A DNA stretch of 49,055 bases, from positions 1 through 49,055 of IMG/VR virus record IMGVR_UViG_3300046779_001940. One strand, given 5' to 3'. This document shows, piece by piece, positions 29,585-39,023 of this stretch (positions are counted from its first letter, which is position 1; each line of letters opens with the position of its first letter). The DNA comes from a virus. Lineage: Duplodnaviria; Caudoviricetes. The notes under the pieces were generated by a model. The model was not told the DNA's origin, ran no database searches, and was given only the letters and a program-made list of their open reading frames with translations. Position numbers and translations under genes: made by a program.

Positions 29585-30739
29585 TTACAACTGAACTTGA
29601 AGTTGTACATGGTTGCCAGAGCTTGCCAATAAAGCATCAATGTATGCTTCAAAAGCAGCGTCACGAGCGTCAACTACAATTTTTACCAAGTATTGGTCTG
29701 CGTCCATCATACCTGTAGGGTTGCTCTTACGAGGAACACTGTGAAGGATGTGGTATGCAAAGTACTTAGATCCACGATTCAACTCAGAAAGAGTAGTATC
29801 ATCTAATACTTCACGCAAACGTGAATCTTGAGTCCAAGGCTCTTGTTGATATCTCTTAGATAAGATCAATTCTCTTACCAAAGTTTCACCATAACCTTTT
29901 CCTTGGTATGCAGCTGTTACCTCAGCAACAAAGAAGCAAGACTCAGAACAAGGATCACCTGTAGAATCAACAGCAGAAGCGTAGATGTAAACTGGCTCAA
30001 TTTCAAAATGATCTTTAGGATCAAAAGAGCAGTTACCAAATTTAGTGTCTACATAAGCACCAGTTAATTTTAATTGTACCCATTTCTCGTCAAGAGCAAT
30101 AGTATCCCAGTTAGCAGGTTTTGTAGTAGTAACTACAGGAGATGCACCAGAATTGTCAGTGTACAATAAAGAAGGAGCAATGAATTTACCTAAGATTGGA
30201 TCTTCAGCAATTGCAGCAGCCCATGCTTCATAAACAATAGCTGAATCAACTAATGTTCCATCAACATCACCAGCGCAACATCCTGTGAAAGCATCAACAG
30301 TTTTGTAAGCGTTGTGAGTTAAGAAACGCAATGCAGGAGAACCTTTAACATCAACACGCAAACGGTAAGTTGTGTTACATTTGATATCACAAGGAGCAGC
30401 AGCACCTACAGTGATTACATGGTTTACAGCATTAGCTGGTTCAGTTACGTAGAATGCACTAACGTACTTTGGATTGATACCTTTTGACTTTACAGTCTCT
30501 TTGTATCCACCGTGAAAAGGACCAATCTTGTCATTAGCGTGGAAGCTACCTTGAGCAAGATAAATTAATGGTGTAGCAGCATAAGTAGGTGTAGCTGTCA
30601 AATCTTGGATCAAGTTGTCTTGTGCAGACACTACACCAATTTCACCAGCAACCAATGCTAACGTGTTTTGCCCGTCTTTAGTAGAGAAACCATCAGTTCC
30701 TACTAAGAGTTTTTGGAAGGCATGTGGAAAGTAAGCCAT
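29585..30739 (-). CDS. Conserved crAss-like structural protein (auxiliary capsid protein-like)
   Basis: 384-aa beta-rich ORF downstream of the MCP module, followed by a strong terminator. Codon choice resembles the MCP gene, consistent with high expression. Confidence 0.55.
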   Translation of the reverse strand: MAYFPHAFQKLLVGTDGFSTKDGQNTLALVAGEIGVVSAQDNLIQDLTATPTYAATPLIYLAQGSFHANDKIGPFHGGYKETVKSKGINPKYVSAFYVTEPANAVNHVITVGAAAPCDIKCNTTYRLRVDVKGSPALRFLTHNAYKTVDAFTGCCAGDVDGTLVDSAIVYEAWAAAIAEDPILGKFIAPSLLYTDNSGASPVVTTTKPANWDTIALDEKWVQLKLTGAYVDTKFGNCSFDPKDHFEIEPVYIYASAVDSTGDPCSESCFFVAEVTAAYQGKGYGETLVRELILSKRYQQEPWTQDSRLREVLDDTTLSELNRGSKYFAYHILHSVPRKSNPTGMMDADQYLVKIVVDARDAAFEAYIDALLASSGNHVQLQVQL

Positions 30740-30779
30740 AATGTTTAAAATATTTAAGGGTTAAAAAAATGTTTTTTGT

Positions 30780-31238
30780 TTATTGTAAGAACAGCAATTT
30801 ATACTTTGCAGAATTAAGTGCGCTCTTAACATTGTCAAGGTCATTTACAACTTCAGAATAAGGAACTTTACCTTGAAGCTCTGTAATCATAGATGATAGC
30901 TCTCGTATATAAGATACAGCTTCTTCTTTAGAATACAAACTTTTTGGTGAATTTTCTGTACATTTTAATAGTTTTTCACTTGCTCCTTGATATCCTTCAG
31001 CAATTGAATCTATCATGTCAGGTAATGTTTCATACAATTCATTTAATGCTTTGTGTACAGAATAAGAACCCTCACCTGTAATTTTCAAATGCAATTTATG
31101 AAAAGTTGTAACTGCATTCATTAATTCACTGACGCATGCTCCTACAGCAAGATCTGTCAAACTTGCATCTGATGAATAAGATGCTTGTGTACTTGTAGCC
31201 ATAGGTTTTTTCAATTTATATGATCCAGCAAAGTCCAT
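30780..31238 (-). CDS. Ferritin/Dps-like four-helix-bundle protein
   Basis: FHKLHL...SVHKALNELYE...IDSIAE matches the Dps ferroxidase H/H/E/D/E spacing. Confidence 0.7.
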   Translation of the reverse strand: MDFAGSYKLKKPMATSTQASYSSDASLTDLAVGACVSELMNAVTTFHKLHLKITGEGSYSVHKALNELYETLPDMIDSIAEGYQGASEKLLKCTENSPKSLYSKEEAVSYIRELSSMITELQGKVPYSEVVNDLDNVKSALNSAKYKLLFLQ

Positions 31239-31240
31239 AT

Positions 31241-31939
31241 TTAATTATTTAAAGTTGCTTGTTGTTTTGTTCTAGAATACTGATTGAACAGTTCCATGTC
31301 ACCTGCTAAAATTGAACATGCCTCATCAATTACCATTTCAATAATGTCATCTTTAAGTTCACATTCAACATCTACATCTGCAGTACCAGTTGAGGGATTA
31401 ATGCAGCCTAAAAAAGATACATTTCTAGGTTTTCTATAGTACACTAGTTTTGGTGTACTAAGATCAAACTCCCCATTAGTGTAGATTCTAATTCTATCAC
31501 TTTGCATTGTAGCAAATGTTTCACCCCATTTAGCACTAGGTTTTCTAAAATCATCTCCTAATAACGCATCAACATCTGCTACTTGAGCCAGATAAACAAT
31601 CAAAGGTCTTTCTGGGCAACAGTCTGTAATAGCATTTACAGAGATTCTTTTATAAAATAAGTAATCAGAAGGAAGAGTAGCTGTTTCATAATACAGTGGA
31701 AACTCAGTTGCCGTAATATTATTTTCAACAATTAAGATTTGCAAATCATCAATATTCATGATTGTTTGCTCACTACCCTCTTTCCCTTGATTGTGACCAT
31801 GAACTTGCCTACGTACCCATTCTAGCTGAGCTTTATTAAACGCCTCAACAATCTGCCAACATTCAATGTTGTCATAGTCCTGAGAAGACAGTTTATTCAG
31901 TCTTTCTCTAACTTTAATTTGTAGTAGGTTGTTGTTCAT
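31241..31939 (-). CDS. Head-tail connector ring protein (crAss gene 74-like)
   Basis: AFNKAQLEW, LPSDYLFY, YYRKP and CEL...IIEMVIDEA motifs; two genes downstream of MCP. Confidence 0.65.
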   Translation of the reverse strand: MNNNLLQIKVRERLNKLSSQDYDNIECWQIVEAFNKAQLEWVRRQVHGHNQGKEGSEQTIMNIDDLQILIVENNITATEFPLYYETATLPSDYLFYKRISVNAITDCCPERPLIVYLAQVADVDALLGDDFRKPSAKWGETFATMQSDRIRIYTNGEFDLSTPKLVYYRKPRNVSFLGCINPSTGTADVDVECELKDDIIEMVIDEACSILAGDMELFNQYSRTKQQATLNN

Positions 31940-32955
31940 TAGTTATTCCAATATTTTTCTACGTTCTTAGTAATGTCTACTAACACTTCTTCATTCAATG
32001 GATTCTTCAAATATTCTACAACATCTGATGAATTCTTACCCATTAAACTGCTACTCTTCATGTGATAGATAAATCCATCTCCTCTAGTTGCAATAATCTT
32101 GTAGAAGTTTGCGTCTTTTACAAGTGATCTCAACTTAAGAGTTTCCATGTCAAGTGATGCAACCTCTAAGAAACGTTGTGCAGTTTTGCGCTTGTCCTTA
32201 TCAACTGTTTCACCATTAACATATTTATCCATGTTGTCATAAAGAATATCAAGTGGAGTTGACTTTTTGTATTGTGTTGAATTTGCGTCAACCACTTTAC
32301 ATACATAGAACAACTTGTTAGTATTCTTTTCAAATAATTTTTGCAATTCAGCCAATGCTTTGTTGCGTAATTTTTTAACTTCTGTTCTAATAGAAGCTGT
32401 TTCTTCATACTTATCTAAGTAAAACTTAGGAGGAACAGGAAGTTGTCTAGCTTCTTCTAAGCTTTTAGAGACAATTGAAAATCCTCCAGCTTCAATAGCT
32501 TTAAGTTTAATAAGATCATAAGGATCATTTGCAGGATCTAAATAGATTGGTTCATTACCAAATCTCATGATAATCTTACCCCAGAACTCATCATTGTCTG
32601 GTCTTAGTAATTTTACTTTGTTCCAGAAATCAGCATCGTTAGGATCAATTACATTTGAAGCCAGTTCTTTTTCAAGTTGTGCAACAGTTGCACGAATCTG
32701 TTTAATTGCTGCTTCTCTGTCATCTTCATCAAGTTGTTTGATCTCAGGAGCAAATTCATTTAATCCTGTAACATACCTCTTGATACCATTGTTCTCAAGA
32801 CAAGCAAGTTGTTCTTCGTGGAACACTCCTTCAAAAAGTACCATTTGATACTTCTCAAGACCCATGTTAGAGTTTAATGTGTCAATGAACGGGCGTACTG
32901 CTAATGTACTTGACCTTTTCAAGGTCTGATGTTTTTCAATCATCGTTACTTCCAT
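31939..32955 (-). CDS. Conserved capsid-module protein (crAss gene 75-like)
   Basis: Directly downstream of MCP. The ATG at 32955 (MEVTMIEK) behind an A-rich leader is preferred over the TTG at 33009. Confidence 0.65.
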   Translation of the reverse strand: MEVTMIEKHQTLKRSSTLAVRPFIDTLNSNMGLEKYQMVLFEGVFHEEQLACLENNGIKRYVTGLNEFAPEIKQLDEDDREAAIKQIRATVAQLEKELASNVIDPNDADFWNKVKLLRPDNDEFWGKIIMRFGNEPIYLDPANDPYDLIKLKAIEAGGFSIVSKSLEEARQLPVPPKFYLDKYEETASIRTEVKKLRNKALAELQKLFEKNTNKLFYVCKVVDANSTQYKKSTPLDILYDNMDKYVNGETVDKDKRKTAQRFLEVASLDMETLKLRSLVKDANFYKIIATRGDGFIYHMKSSSLMGKNSSDVVEYLKNPLNEEVLVDITKNVEKYWNN

Positions 32956-33004
32956 AATTTGTTTTTTTTGTTGGTTGAATTGTTTTCTTCTGTTTTCTTC
33001 TTTT

Positions 33005-33112
33005 AGCAACTTCTAGTTTAAAGCTCCTGAACCACGTCAAGGTAGTTGCTTCTCAGGAGAACCTGGGATAAACCCAGGCATGTATTGTCAAGTTTAACCC
33101 TGACGTGAGGAG
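33005..33112 (-). ncRNA. Structured cis-RNA between MCP and the gene 75-like ORF
   Basis: 11-bp stem 33097-33107/33033-33043, inner hairpin 33062-33078, and alternative stems 33053-33059/33024-33030 and 33044-33050/33005-33011. Confidence 0.5.
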
Positions 33113-33125
33113 GTGGAGTCTTGTT

Positions 33126-33166
33126 AAAAGCAGGGACCTGGGGGAATGATACCCCCAGGTTTGCTT
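33126..33166 (-). terminator. Terminator/stability hairpin after MCP
   Basis: AAGCAAACCTGGGGG-TATCATT-CCCCCAGGTCCCTGCTTTT on the minus strand. Confidence 0.65.
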
Positions 33167-33184
33167 AGTTACCTTCTTGGATCC

Positions 33185-34834
33185 TTAGAATGATCCACCA
33201 GTGATAGGATTTCTCATAACAATTTTGAGAACTTTAGTAGGGTCTTTAACCCAGATAGAAGGCATAGTCTGAGTCATGAATACTCTATAACCATTGAAAT
33301 TACCTGAAGATGCAAAACCTTGAGTTCTTCCCATGTAATCCATAGTTCCATTTTGGTAGAACCATTTCATTTCACTATCCCACTTCAATTTCAACAAGTA
33401 AATGTTGTCATTGGTGTTGTCAGTGATGTCAAACACGATGAAGTTATAAGAAGATAATGGGAAACCATCAATGATAGGGTTCTCAATATCATTAGTGTGT
33501 ACGTTGTCAAACGCAGGGTTCAATACAAACTTAACGTTTGCCAAGAACGGAATAGTGTAGCTAGTGAAAGCAAAACCAAAGTTCAAGTCCATCGCGTTGT
33601 TACCAGAGATAGCACCTAAACCAGATTTGCTCATATCAGCAAACAATGAAGTACCAGAACCAGCAGTGCTGAATGCTTCTTTCTTGATTGCTTCGTTAAC
33701 CATCTTCATACCAGCCATACCAGTTTGAACAATGATTTGACGATTAGGATCTGGACCTTTGAAGTCAACTTTACCATTGTAGAAGTTGAAGATCTCAGAA
33801 CGGAACAACTCTAAGTTGAAGCTAGATTTGTTGTAGATTCTCTTGAATGAGTTATCCAACTGAGCCCAAAGACCTGTAGACAATCTGATATCATCTGGAC
33901 CATCTTGCTTAATACGACCACCTTGTCCCCACATTAAGTAAGTTTCAATGTCGTTAGCAATTTTGCTCAAGTGTGCAGATTCCATTTTAGTAACAAATGA
34001 ACGAGTCAAAGTACCATTGTCATAAGCTTTCTTGATGTAGTCTTTACCCATTTTAGCTACCATTGCGTCAATGTTAGTTAAAGAAGGATCTTTTGCGATG
34101 TTAGCGTCAAATGATTTCCAGATCTCAGTTACAGGAACTGTACCATCTGCATTCATTCCACCTTTCATCATCATCTCAGCACGAGAAGACACAGAGTAGT
34201 GTACGTGAGCCTCAGCACCACCAACGTAGTTGTAGTACTCACGGAAACCTGCGCTCAATTCTCCAATGTCAGAGAAACGCTCACCGTATTCACCACGAGC
34301 AGAACCTTTTCTGAAGAACTTAGTACCTGGTTTCAAATACTTTTTGTCAAGAGCCTTAGTGTTGTCATTGTTCACTAATTGAACAGTGTACACAAAACCA
34401 TCACCTGAAGGAAGAATATCCTCAGCAGTGATGTAAAGTTCAGCTCCTTTGTACTTGTCATAAGTGATGATATCACCGTGACCAAATACACGCTTGTTAA
34501 TTTTGATTTTGAAGGTAGTACCATCTTGACCAAGAACTGCTACGCCTGGCTCAACATCTTCTACAACGTAAGGAAGATCCTGTACGATAGGAGTTTGCCA
34601 TTTGTACTCACCTCTAGGGTTATCTACAAGAATAGTGTTTTTACCACCAAAAGATGCCATCTGATAAAGAGGCATTTCTACCTTTTGGGTTTGTGCCCAT
34701 AAGTCAACTGGTCCTAAATCCATAGGGTCAGTACTCTTAAGCATGTTTACCAAATGGTAAGAGTCTACGTGTGATCCAACTTTATAGTTGGTGTCACGCA
34801 AGAACAATCCATTGTTTAATACGGGTGTGCTCAT
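33185..34834 (-). CDS. Major capsid protein (crAss-like HK97 fold)
   Basis: 549 aa in the order terminase-portal-acidic protein-MCP. Motifs include YLMWGQGG...STGLWAQL, QTGMAGM and FVLNPAFD, with the C-terminus WVKDPTKVLKIVMRNPITG. Confidence 0.85.
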   Translation of the reverse strand: MSTPVLNNGLFLRDTNYKVGSHVDSYHLVNMLKSTDPMDLGPVDLWAQTQKVEMPLYQMASFGGKNTILVDNPRGEYKWQTPIVQDLPYVVEDVEPGVAVLGQDGTTFKIKINKRVFGHGDIITYDKYKGAELYITAEDILPSGDGFVYTVQLVNNDNTKALDKKYLKPGTKFFRKGSARGEYGERFSDIGELSAGFREYYNYVGGAEAHVHYSVSSRAEMMMKGGMNADGTVPVTEIWKSFDANIAKDPSLTNIDAMVAKMGKDYIKKAYDNGTLTRSFVTKMESAHLSKIANDIETYLMWGQGGRIKQDGPDDIRLSTGLWAQLDNSFKRIYNKSSFNLELFRSEIFNFYNGKVDFKGPDPNRQIIVQTGMAGMKMVNEAIKKEAFSTAGSGTSLFADMSKSGLGAISGNNAMDLNFGFAFTSYTIPFLANVKFVLNPAFDNVHTNDIENPIIDGFPLSSYNFIVFDITDNTNDNIYLLKLKWDSEMKWFYQNGTMDYMGRTQGFASSGNFNGYRVFMTQTMPSIWVKDPTKVLKIVMRNPITGGSF

Positions 34835-34872
34835 TTTGTTTAGATTAAAGTTTAAAAGTTGTTGTTAAAAAT

Positions 34873-36144
34873 TTATTGTCGTTTAAAAATATTTGCCGCT
34901 GGGCGAGGTATCTTTCTACTGGTAGGTTTTTCTTCCTCATCATCTTTGACAGTTGATGCAATTTTACGTGCCTCTTCTGTTTTCAGTTTTCTTACAGTAT
35001 CTTGAGTTACCTCATTCTTTGCTTGTTTTCTGATGTTCTCCTTGTAATCATCAGGATCAGATAGCAACCAAAGTGTTTCTGCAATCAAGTCATAGCGTGG
35101 AGATTTTCCAAACTGGTGATCTTCTAATAACTTACCAAGTAAGTTTGTAGGGCGACCAGTCATGCTTTCATACTTGACAGTTGTCAATTCATCCCATAAG
35201 AACTTTTGACGCTTGCTATCAATTTTTACACCGTTCAACTCTGCAGGTTTCAAAGTATTATAGATGTTCTCCATATACTCTTCTTTTTTCTGTTGTTGTT
35301 GAGCACGGAATTCTTCCTGTTGCGCAAGTTTTGATTGAACTACTTCTTCCTGCATTTGATCCAATTTTGGTTTGAACTGTTGTGCTTTTTTAGCAATCAC
35401 ACCTGATTCAATCCATTCTTGTAACTGATCTTCAATAAGCTCATTGTCACCATTACCAAAGTTTGTAGCTTGTAGGTATTGACGAGCAATTAATTCTTGA
35501 TGCTCATCATTTCTTGGATCTAATGATCTTACTTCCTCAGTTTGAGAAAGTGCACGAAATAATCCTTTCATGTCAGTTCCGCCTTTTGCAACATATTCTG
35601 CTGCATATTGCAGTTCTTGTGGAAGTGATTCAAAGAACTCTTTTGGAGTTTGCTCTCTTAAAGCTTTTTCTCTCTCTTCAAAGTTTGCTTGGATTAATTC
35701 CTTCCAATCTTTTACAGAGTATTCCTCCAATGATTTATCATCTTCAAAAGGGACAATTAAACCTTCCTCAATCAATTTTGAGAATGTTTCAACCATTCCA
35801 CTTTTGTCAATTTTTTTGCGTCCTGGTTTTTTTTCTTCTGCATCATCTGCATCATCACCTTCCAGTTCCGCGTCTAACTCAGCAAATGCAGAAGCTACGT
35901 CTGCTGAAGTTGTTTTCTTTTTCTTACCAGCATCATCTGAAGAATCATCATCTGAATCATCAGCGTCTTCCTCAAGGAAAGACATATCTACTGATTTGTT
36001 TTTTGAGAAGACTGTTGGCTTCTCATCTTCCTCATCTGCTGTAACGATGCTTTCAGCACCTGGCATTGGTAAAAAATCATCAATACTTTCAATGCTCACA
36101 TTAGATACAGAAGTTTGTTGGTTGTTTTCTGCTGTTGAACTCAT
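34873..36144 (-). CDS. Acidic scaffolding-like protein (crAss gene 77-like)
   Basis: Asp/Glu-rich disordered N-terminus and coiled coils; lies between portal and MCP. Confidence 0.7.
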   Translation of the reverse strand: MSSTAENNQQTSVSNVSIESIDDFLPMPGAESIVTADEEDEKPTVFSKNKSVDMSFLEEDADDSDDDSSDDAGKKKKTTSADVASAFAELDAELEGDDADDAEEKKPGRKKIDKSGMVETFSKLIEEGLIVPFEDDKSLEEYSVKDWKELIQANFEEREKALREQTPKEFFESLPQELQYAAEYVAKGGTDMKGLFRALSQTEEVRSLDPRNDEHQELIARQYLQATNFGNGDNELIEDQLQEWIESGVIAKKAQQFKPKLDQMQEEVVQSKLAQQEEFRAQQQQKKEEYMENIYNTLKPAELNGVKIDSKRQKFLWDELTTVKYESMTGRPTNLLGKLLEDHQFGKSPRYDLIAETLWLLSDPDDYKENIRKQAKNEVTQDTVRKLKTEEARKIASTVKDDEEEKPTSRKIPRPAANIFKRQ

Positions 36145-36180
36145 ACTTTTTTTTGTTTAGTTGGTATTTTTTCTCTTCTT

Positions 36181-36200
36181 CTTCATATATAATCTACAAA
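36181..36200 (-). promoter_or_regulatory. Degenerate copy of the putative late-promoter motif
   Basis: TTTGTAGATTATATATGAAG upstream of the scaffold/MCP operon. Confidence 0.35.
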
Positions 36201-36272
36201 TAAACTTTGAAGATTTACACCCTATGAATGTAATTATCAAACTTTTTCTGTACTATATAGCTATGACAGCTG

Positions 36273-38999
36273 TTACTTGTCATATTTATTTTTATTTGTT
36301 TTTGCAATTTGCAATTCTTTCTGTGCAATTCTTTCTTTTGAAAGAAGTTCCTGACGTTTTATTTCAAGTTTTGATTGTTCTGTAGCTTGTTTATTCAAAT
36401 CTCTTTGTCTAGCTATAGACTGATCAGTTTCTTTTGCATTCTTTTTGTCAAGATACTCAAGTGTGTCAATGTAATCATTCTGAGCATTTGCATCACGGTC
36501 CTGCATTGCAGTGTAACCTGCAGAGCGAATTTCAGCAACTCGCTCATCAGATTCTCTATCAAGTGCTTTCTGCTCAGCATCAAATCTAAGTTTAGCTTCA
36601 AGTCTTTTGCTTTCGCCTTCTTGACGCATTTTCTCAGTTTCTTGCATTGCTTGCATTTCTTGTTGTTTAGCTGCAGATGTTTTCTCTTCAATACCTTTCA
36701 TAACATGTGTAATTTCAGCCATTGAGTCAGCTTTAATAATGTTACCTAAGTCATAGATAGAAGCACCTGAAGTATTATTAGAAACTGCAAGTGAGCGAAT
36801 TTGCTCAATAACTTGTCTCTGATTAACCTTTGTTGTGATAAAAATATTCAAGTCTCTAGCTAATAATTCTGTACCATTGATTTCAAAGTTAACCTTTTCA
36901 TCCATAGTAGTCAAATATTGTAGCCTTAAACTTGGTTTTGTTGAGTGATAATATTGTGACAAGTCTGTACGCATCTGATGTACACGTGGCATTAAGTATT
37001 CTGAATGCTGTGTGAAATAAGGCTCAGTTTGAGAATAACTCATGTTGATTGCTTGTTCAATACCTTGAGCTGTTTCTTGTGCGTTAACAGCACCCATACG
37101 CTGAGGTGATAAACCAATTGCTTCAAAACACTGATTCTTGAAATAATTAGAAAGTTGAATACGTGACATCAAACGATTTGTTTGTTCAAGATTCAATACT
37201 TGGTAATGCTGGAAGTTTAAAGCATTTTCTGTATTTGTAATAGAAGTATCCAATGGTAACATCTGGAAGTTCTTCATTGCAACATACGCTTTAGAAAAAT
37301 TATCCTTACCCCAATCTTCACCCATAGAGTGACGAGGTAGCGCATTTTGATCAAGCATGATCACAGTACCTAATTCATCCACAAGAATGTCTGCAATCTG
37401 ATTGTTTACAAGATTGTAACCTACTTGATAAGGCTTCATCTTATCTACAAGAGACATTGATTTTGTATTTCTATCTGAGAAGACAGCGCCTTCTACTGGA
37501 AGTTTACAACCATAAAGTGTAAAATCTCCTTTGAATTGGAAACGTAAAGGTTTGACATTCAAGTACATTGGAGCAAATCCAAAGATATCATGATTGCCAT
37601 AGTAAGCTGGTCTGTTGGGACCAATCTTGACACCTCCCCAAGTTTCATTAATCCATATCCAATCAATGTGTTCACCATATACTAAAGTTTCTCTATTTTT
37701 GTTTTTAATGACAGTTGTGTCATAAACAGGTTTATCAGTGACTTTATAAGTCTCATCAACAATCATGTCTACTAAAACACCTGTGTTGTCTATTTTGGAC
37801 AAATGTCCAACCATTCTTTGTGATTTCCAATACACAGTTGTTACACGCAACATACCCATGTCCTTAAATTCTTGTAAATCTTCAGACTCATTAAGAATTT
37901 GGAATATGATGTCGTCACCTGTATTCATGTGCATTTCACTAGCACTTAAGAATTGACGCATTCCTAAAGAAGGGCCATTTGTGTTCCAATCATAAGATCT
38001 TGTTCCATCATAGAAAGAACCATCATTTTGAACACCTGGTAAATTGTAACCTGCTGATTTTACAGGATAAATGGCTTCTAAACTATGAAGCTGATCTTCA
38101 TCCATCATGTAACCATACTTGTCAATTACATCAGCCAGAGTCAATAAATCAACTCTGCCTACCCAGTTAGATTGAGATATGTATCTTGCTTCAGGAGATT
38201 TGTGATAGAATGTAAGCAATGGATTCCAAAGCTCTACTTCATAATCATCCTCATTCATCTTAAAATGCCAGAACTCTCTGTCTGTAATAAGCATATCTCT
38301 AAAGGCCATGTTCTCTAACTCTTTCATAGAGAATCTTTCTTCATCCACATTATGCTGGTGTGTAGCCCATTCTTCTACAAGAGAGCGATAGTCTTTTTTA
38401 AAGAACTCTTCAATTTCAGGAAGACTTTTAATTCTCTCAGGAGCCATAAGTTGTTGAGCCTGAGCAGCTTGTTCTTCATCTTCAAGATTAAGACCCATTT
38501 TTTCAATGGTCTCCATCATTTTCTTTTCAGCTCTTGAAACAAGAACTTCTTCTACCATAGCGCGTTTTGCCTCAATCATTTCATTGTATGAAAGATCATC
38601 AACAGCTCTATATGTAATTTTATCATTTCTTTTCGCAAACTCTCCTGTCAAAACATTGATGACGTTTGGAACAATAGGAAAGAATTTTAATTCAAATGCA
38701 CTTTGGTCTTCTTTAGTAAGTACATCTATAAGTTCAGCAACTTCATTATCTTCTTCAACAATGTAGTCACTCTTGTCAATAATACCATTGGCAAGCTTGT
38801 AATTTTTCAACAATCTTCTAGCATTTCTGCGTATTTGCTTGAGTCCTTGCATTTCAAACCAGTCAAGGTTCCACGCACCCCAAGCTTCATCTTTATCTTT
38901 TCTGCGCAAAAACTGAATAGGTTGAGTTAGAGTACCCATTTTATTGTTCTCTACCTTAGCCCCATTCTTGATTTGCATTGCATTTACTATTGTTGGCAT
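36273..38999 (-). CDS. Portal protein
   Basis: 908 aa directly after terL. Motifs FFPIVPNVINVLTGE, WIWINETWGG, KLPVEG, SLVDKMKPYQ and GLSPQRMG, with a coiled-coil C-terminal barrel. Confidence 0.9.
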   Translation of the reverse strand: MPTIVNAMQIKNGAKVENNKMGTLTQPIQFLRRKDKDEAWGAWNLDWFEMQGLKQIRRNARRLLKNYKLANGIIDKSDYIVEEDNEVAELIDVLTKEDQSAFELKFFPIVPNVINVLTGEFAKRNDKITYRAVDDLSYNEMIEAKRAMVEEVLVSRAEKKMMETIEKMGLNLEDEEQAAQAQQLMAPERIKSLPEIEEFFKKDYRSLVEEWATHQHNVDEERFSMKELENMAFRDMLITDREFWHFKMNEDDYEVELWNPLLTFYHKSPEARYISQSNWVGRVDLLTLADVIDKYGYMMDEDQLHSLEAIYPVKSAGYNLPGVQNDGSFYDGTRSYDWNTNGPSLGMRQFLSASEMHMNTGDDIIFQILNESEDLQEFKDMGMLRVTTVYWKSQRMVGHLSKIDNTGVLVDMIVDETYKVTDKPVYDTTVIKNKNRETLVYGEHIDWIWINETWGGVKIGPNRPAYYGNHDIFGFAPMYLNVKPLRFQFKGDFTLYGCKLPVEGAVFSDRNTKSMSLVDKMKPYQVGYNLVNNQIADILVDELGTVIMLDQNALPRHSMGEDWGKDNFSKAYVAMKNFQMLPLDTSITNTENALNFQHYQVLNLEQTNRLMSRIQLSNYFKNQCFEAIGLSPQRMGAVNAQETAQGIEQAINMSYSQTEPYFTQHSEYLMPRVHQMRTDLSQYYHSTKPSLRLQYLTTMDEKVNFEINGTELLARDLNIFITTKVNQRQVIEQIRSLAVSNNTSGASIYDLGNIIKADSMAEITHVMKGIEEKTSAAKQQEMQAMQETEKMRQEGESKRLEAKLRFDAEQKALDRESDERVAEIRSAGYTAMQDRDANAQNDYIDTLEYLDKKNAKETDQSIARQRDLNKQATEQSKLEIKRQELLSKERIAQKELQIAKTNKNKYDK

Positions 39000-39023
39000 A
39001 ATCTAGCTTATTTACTTTTGTTA

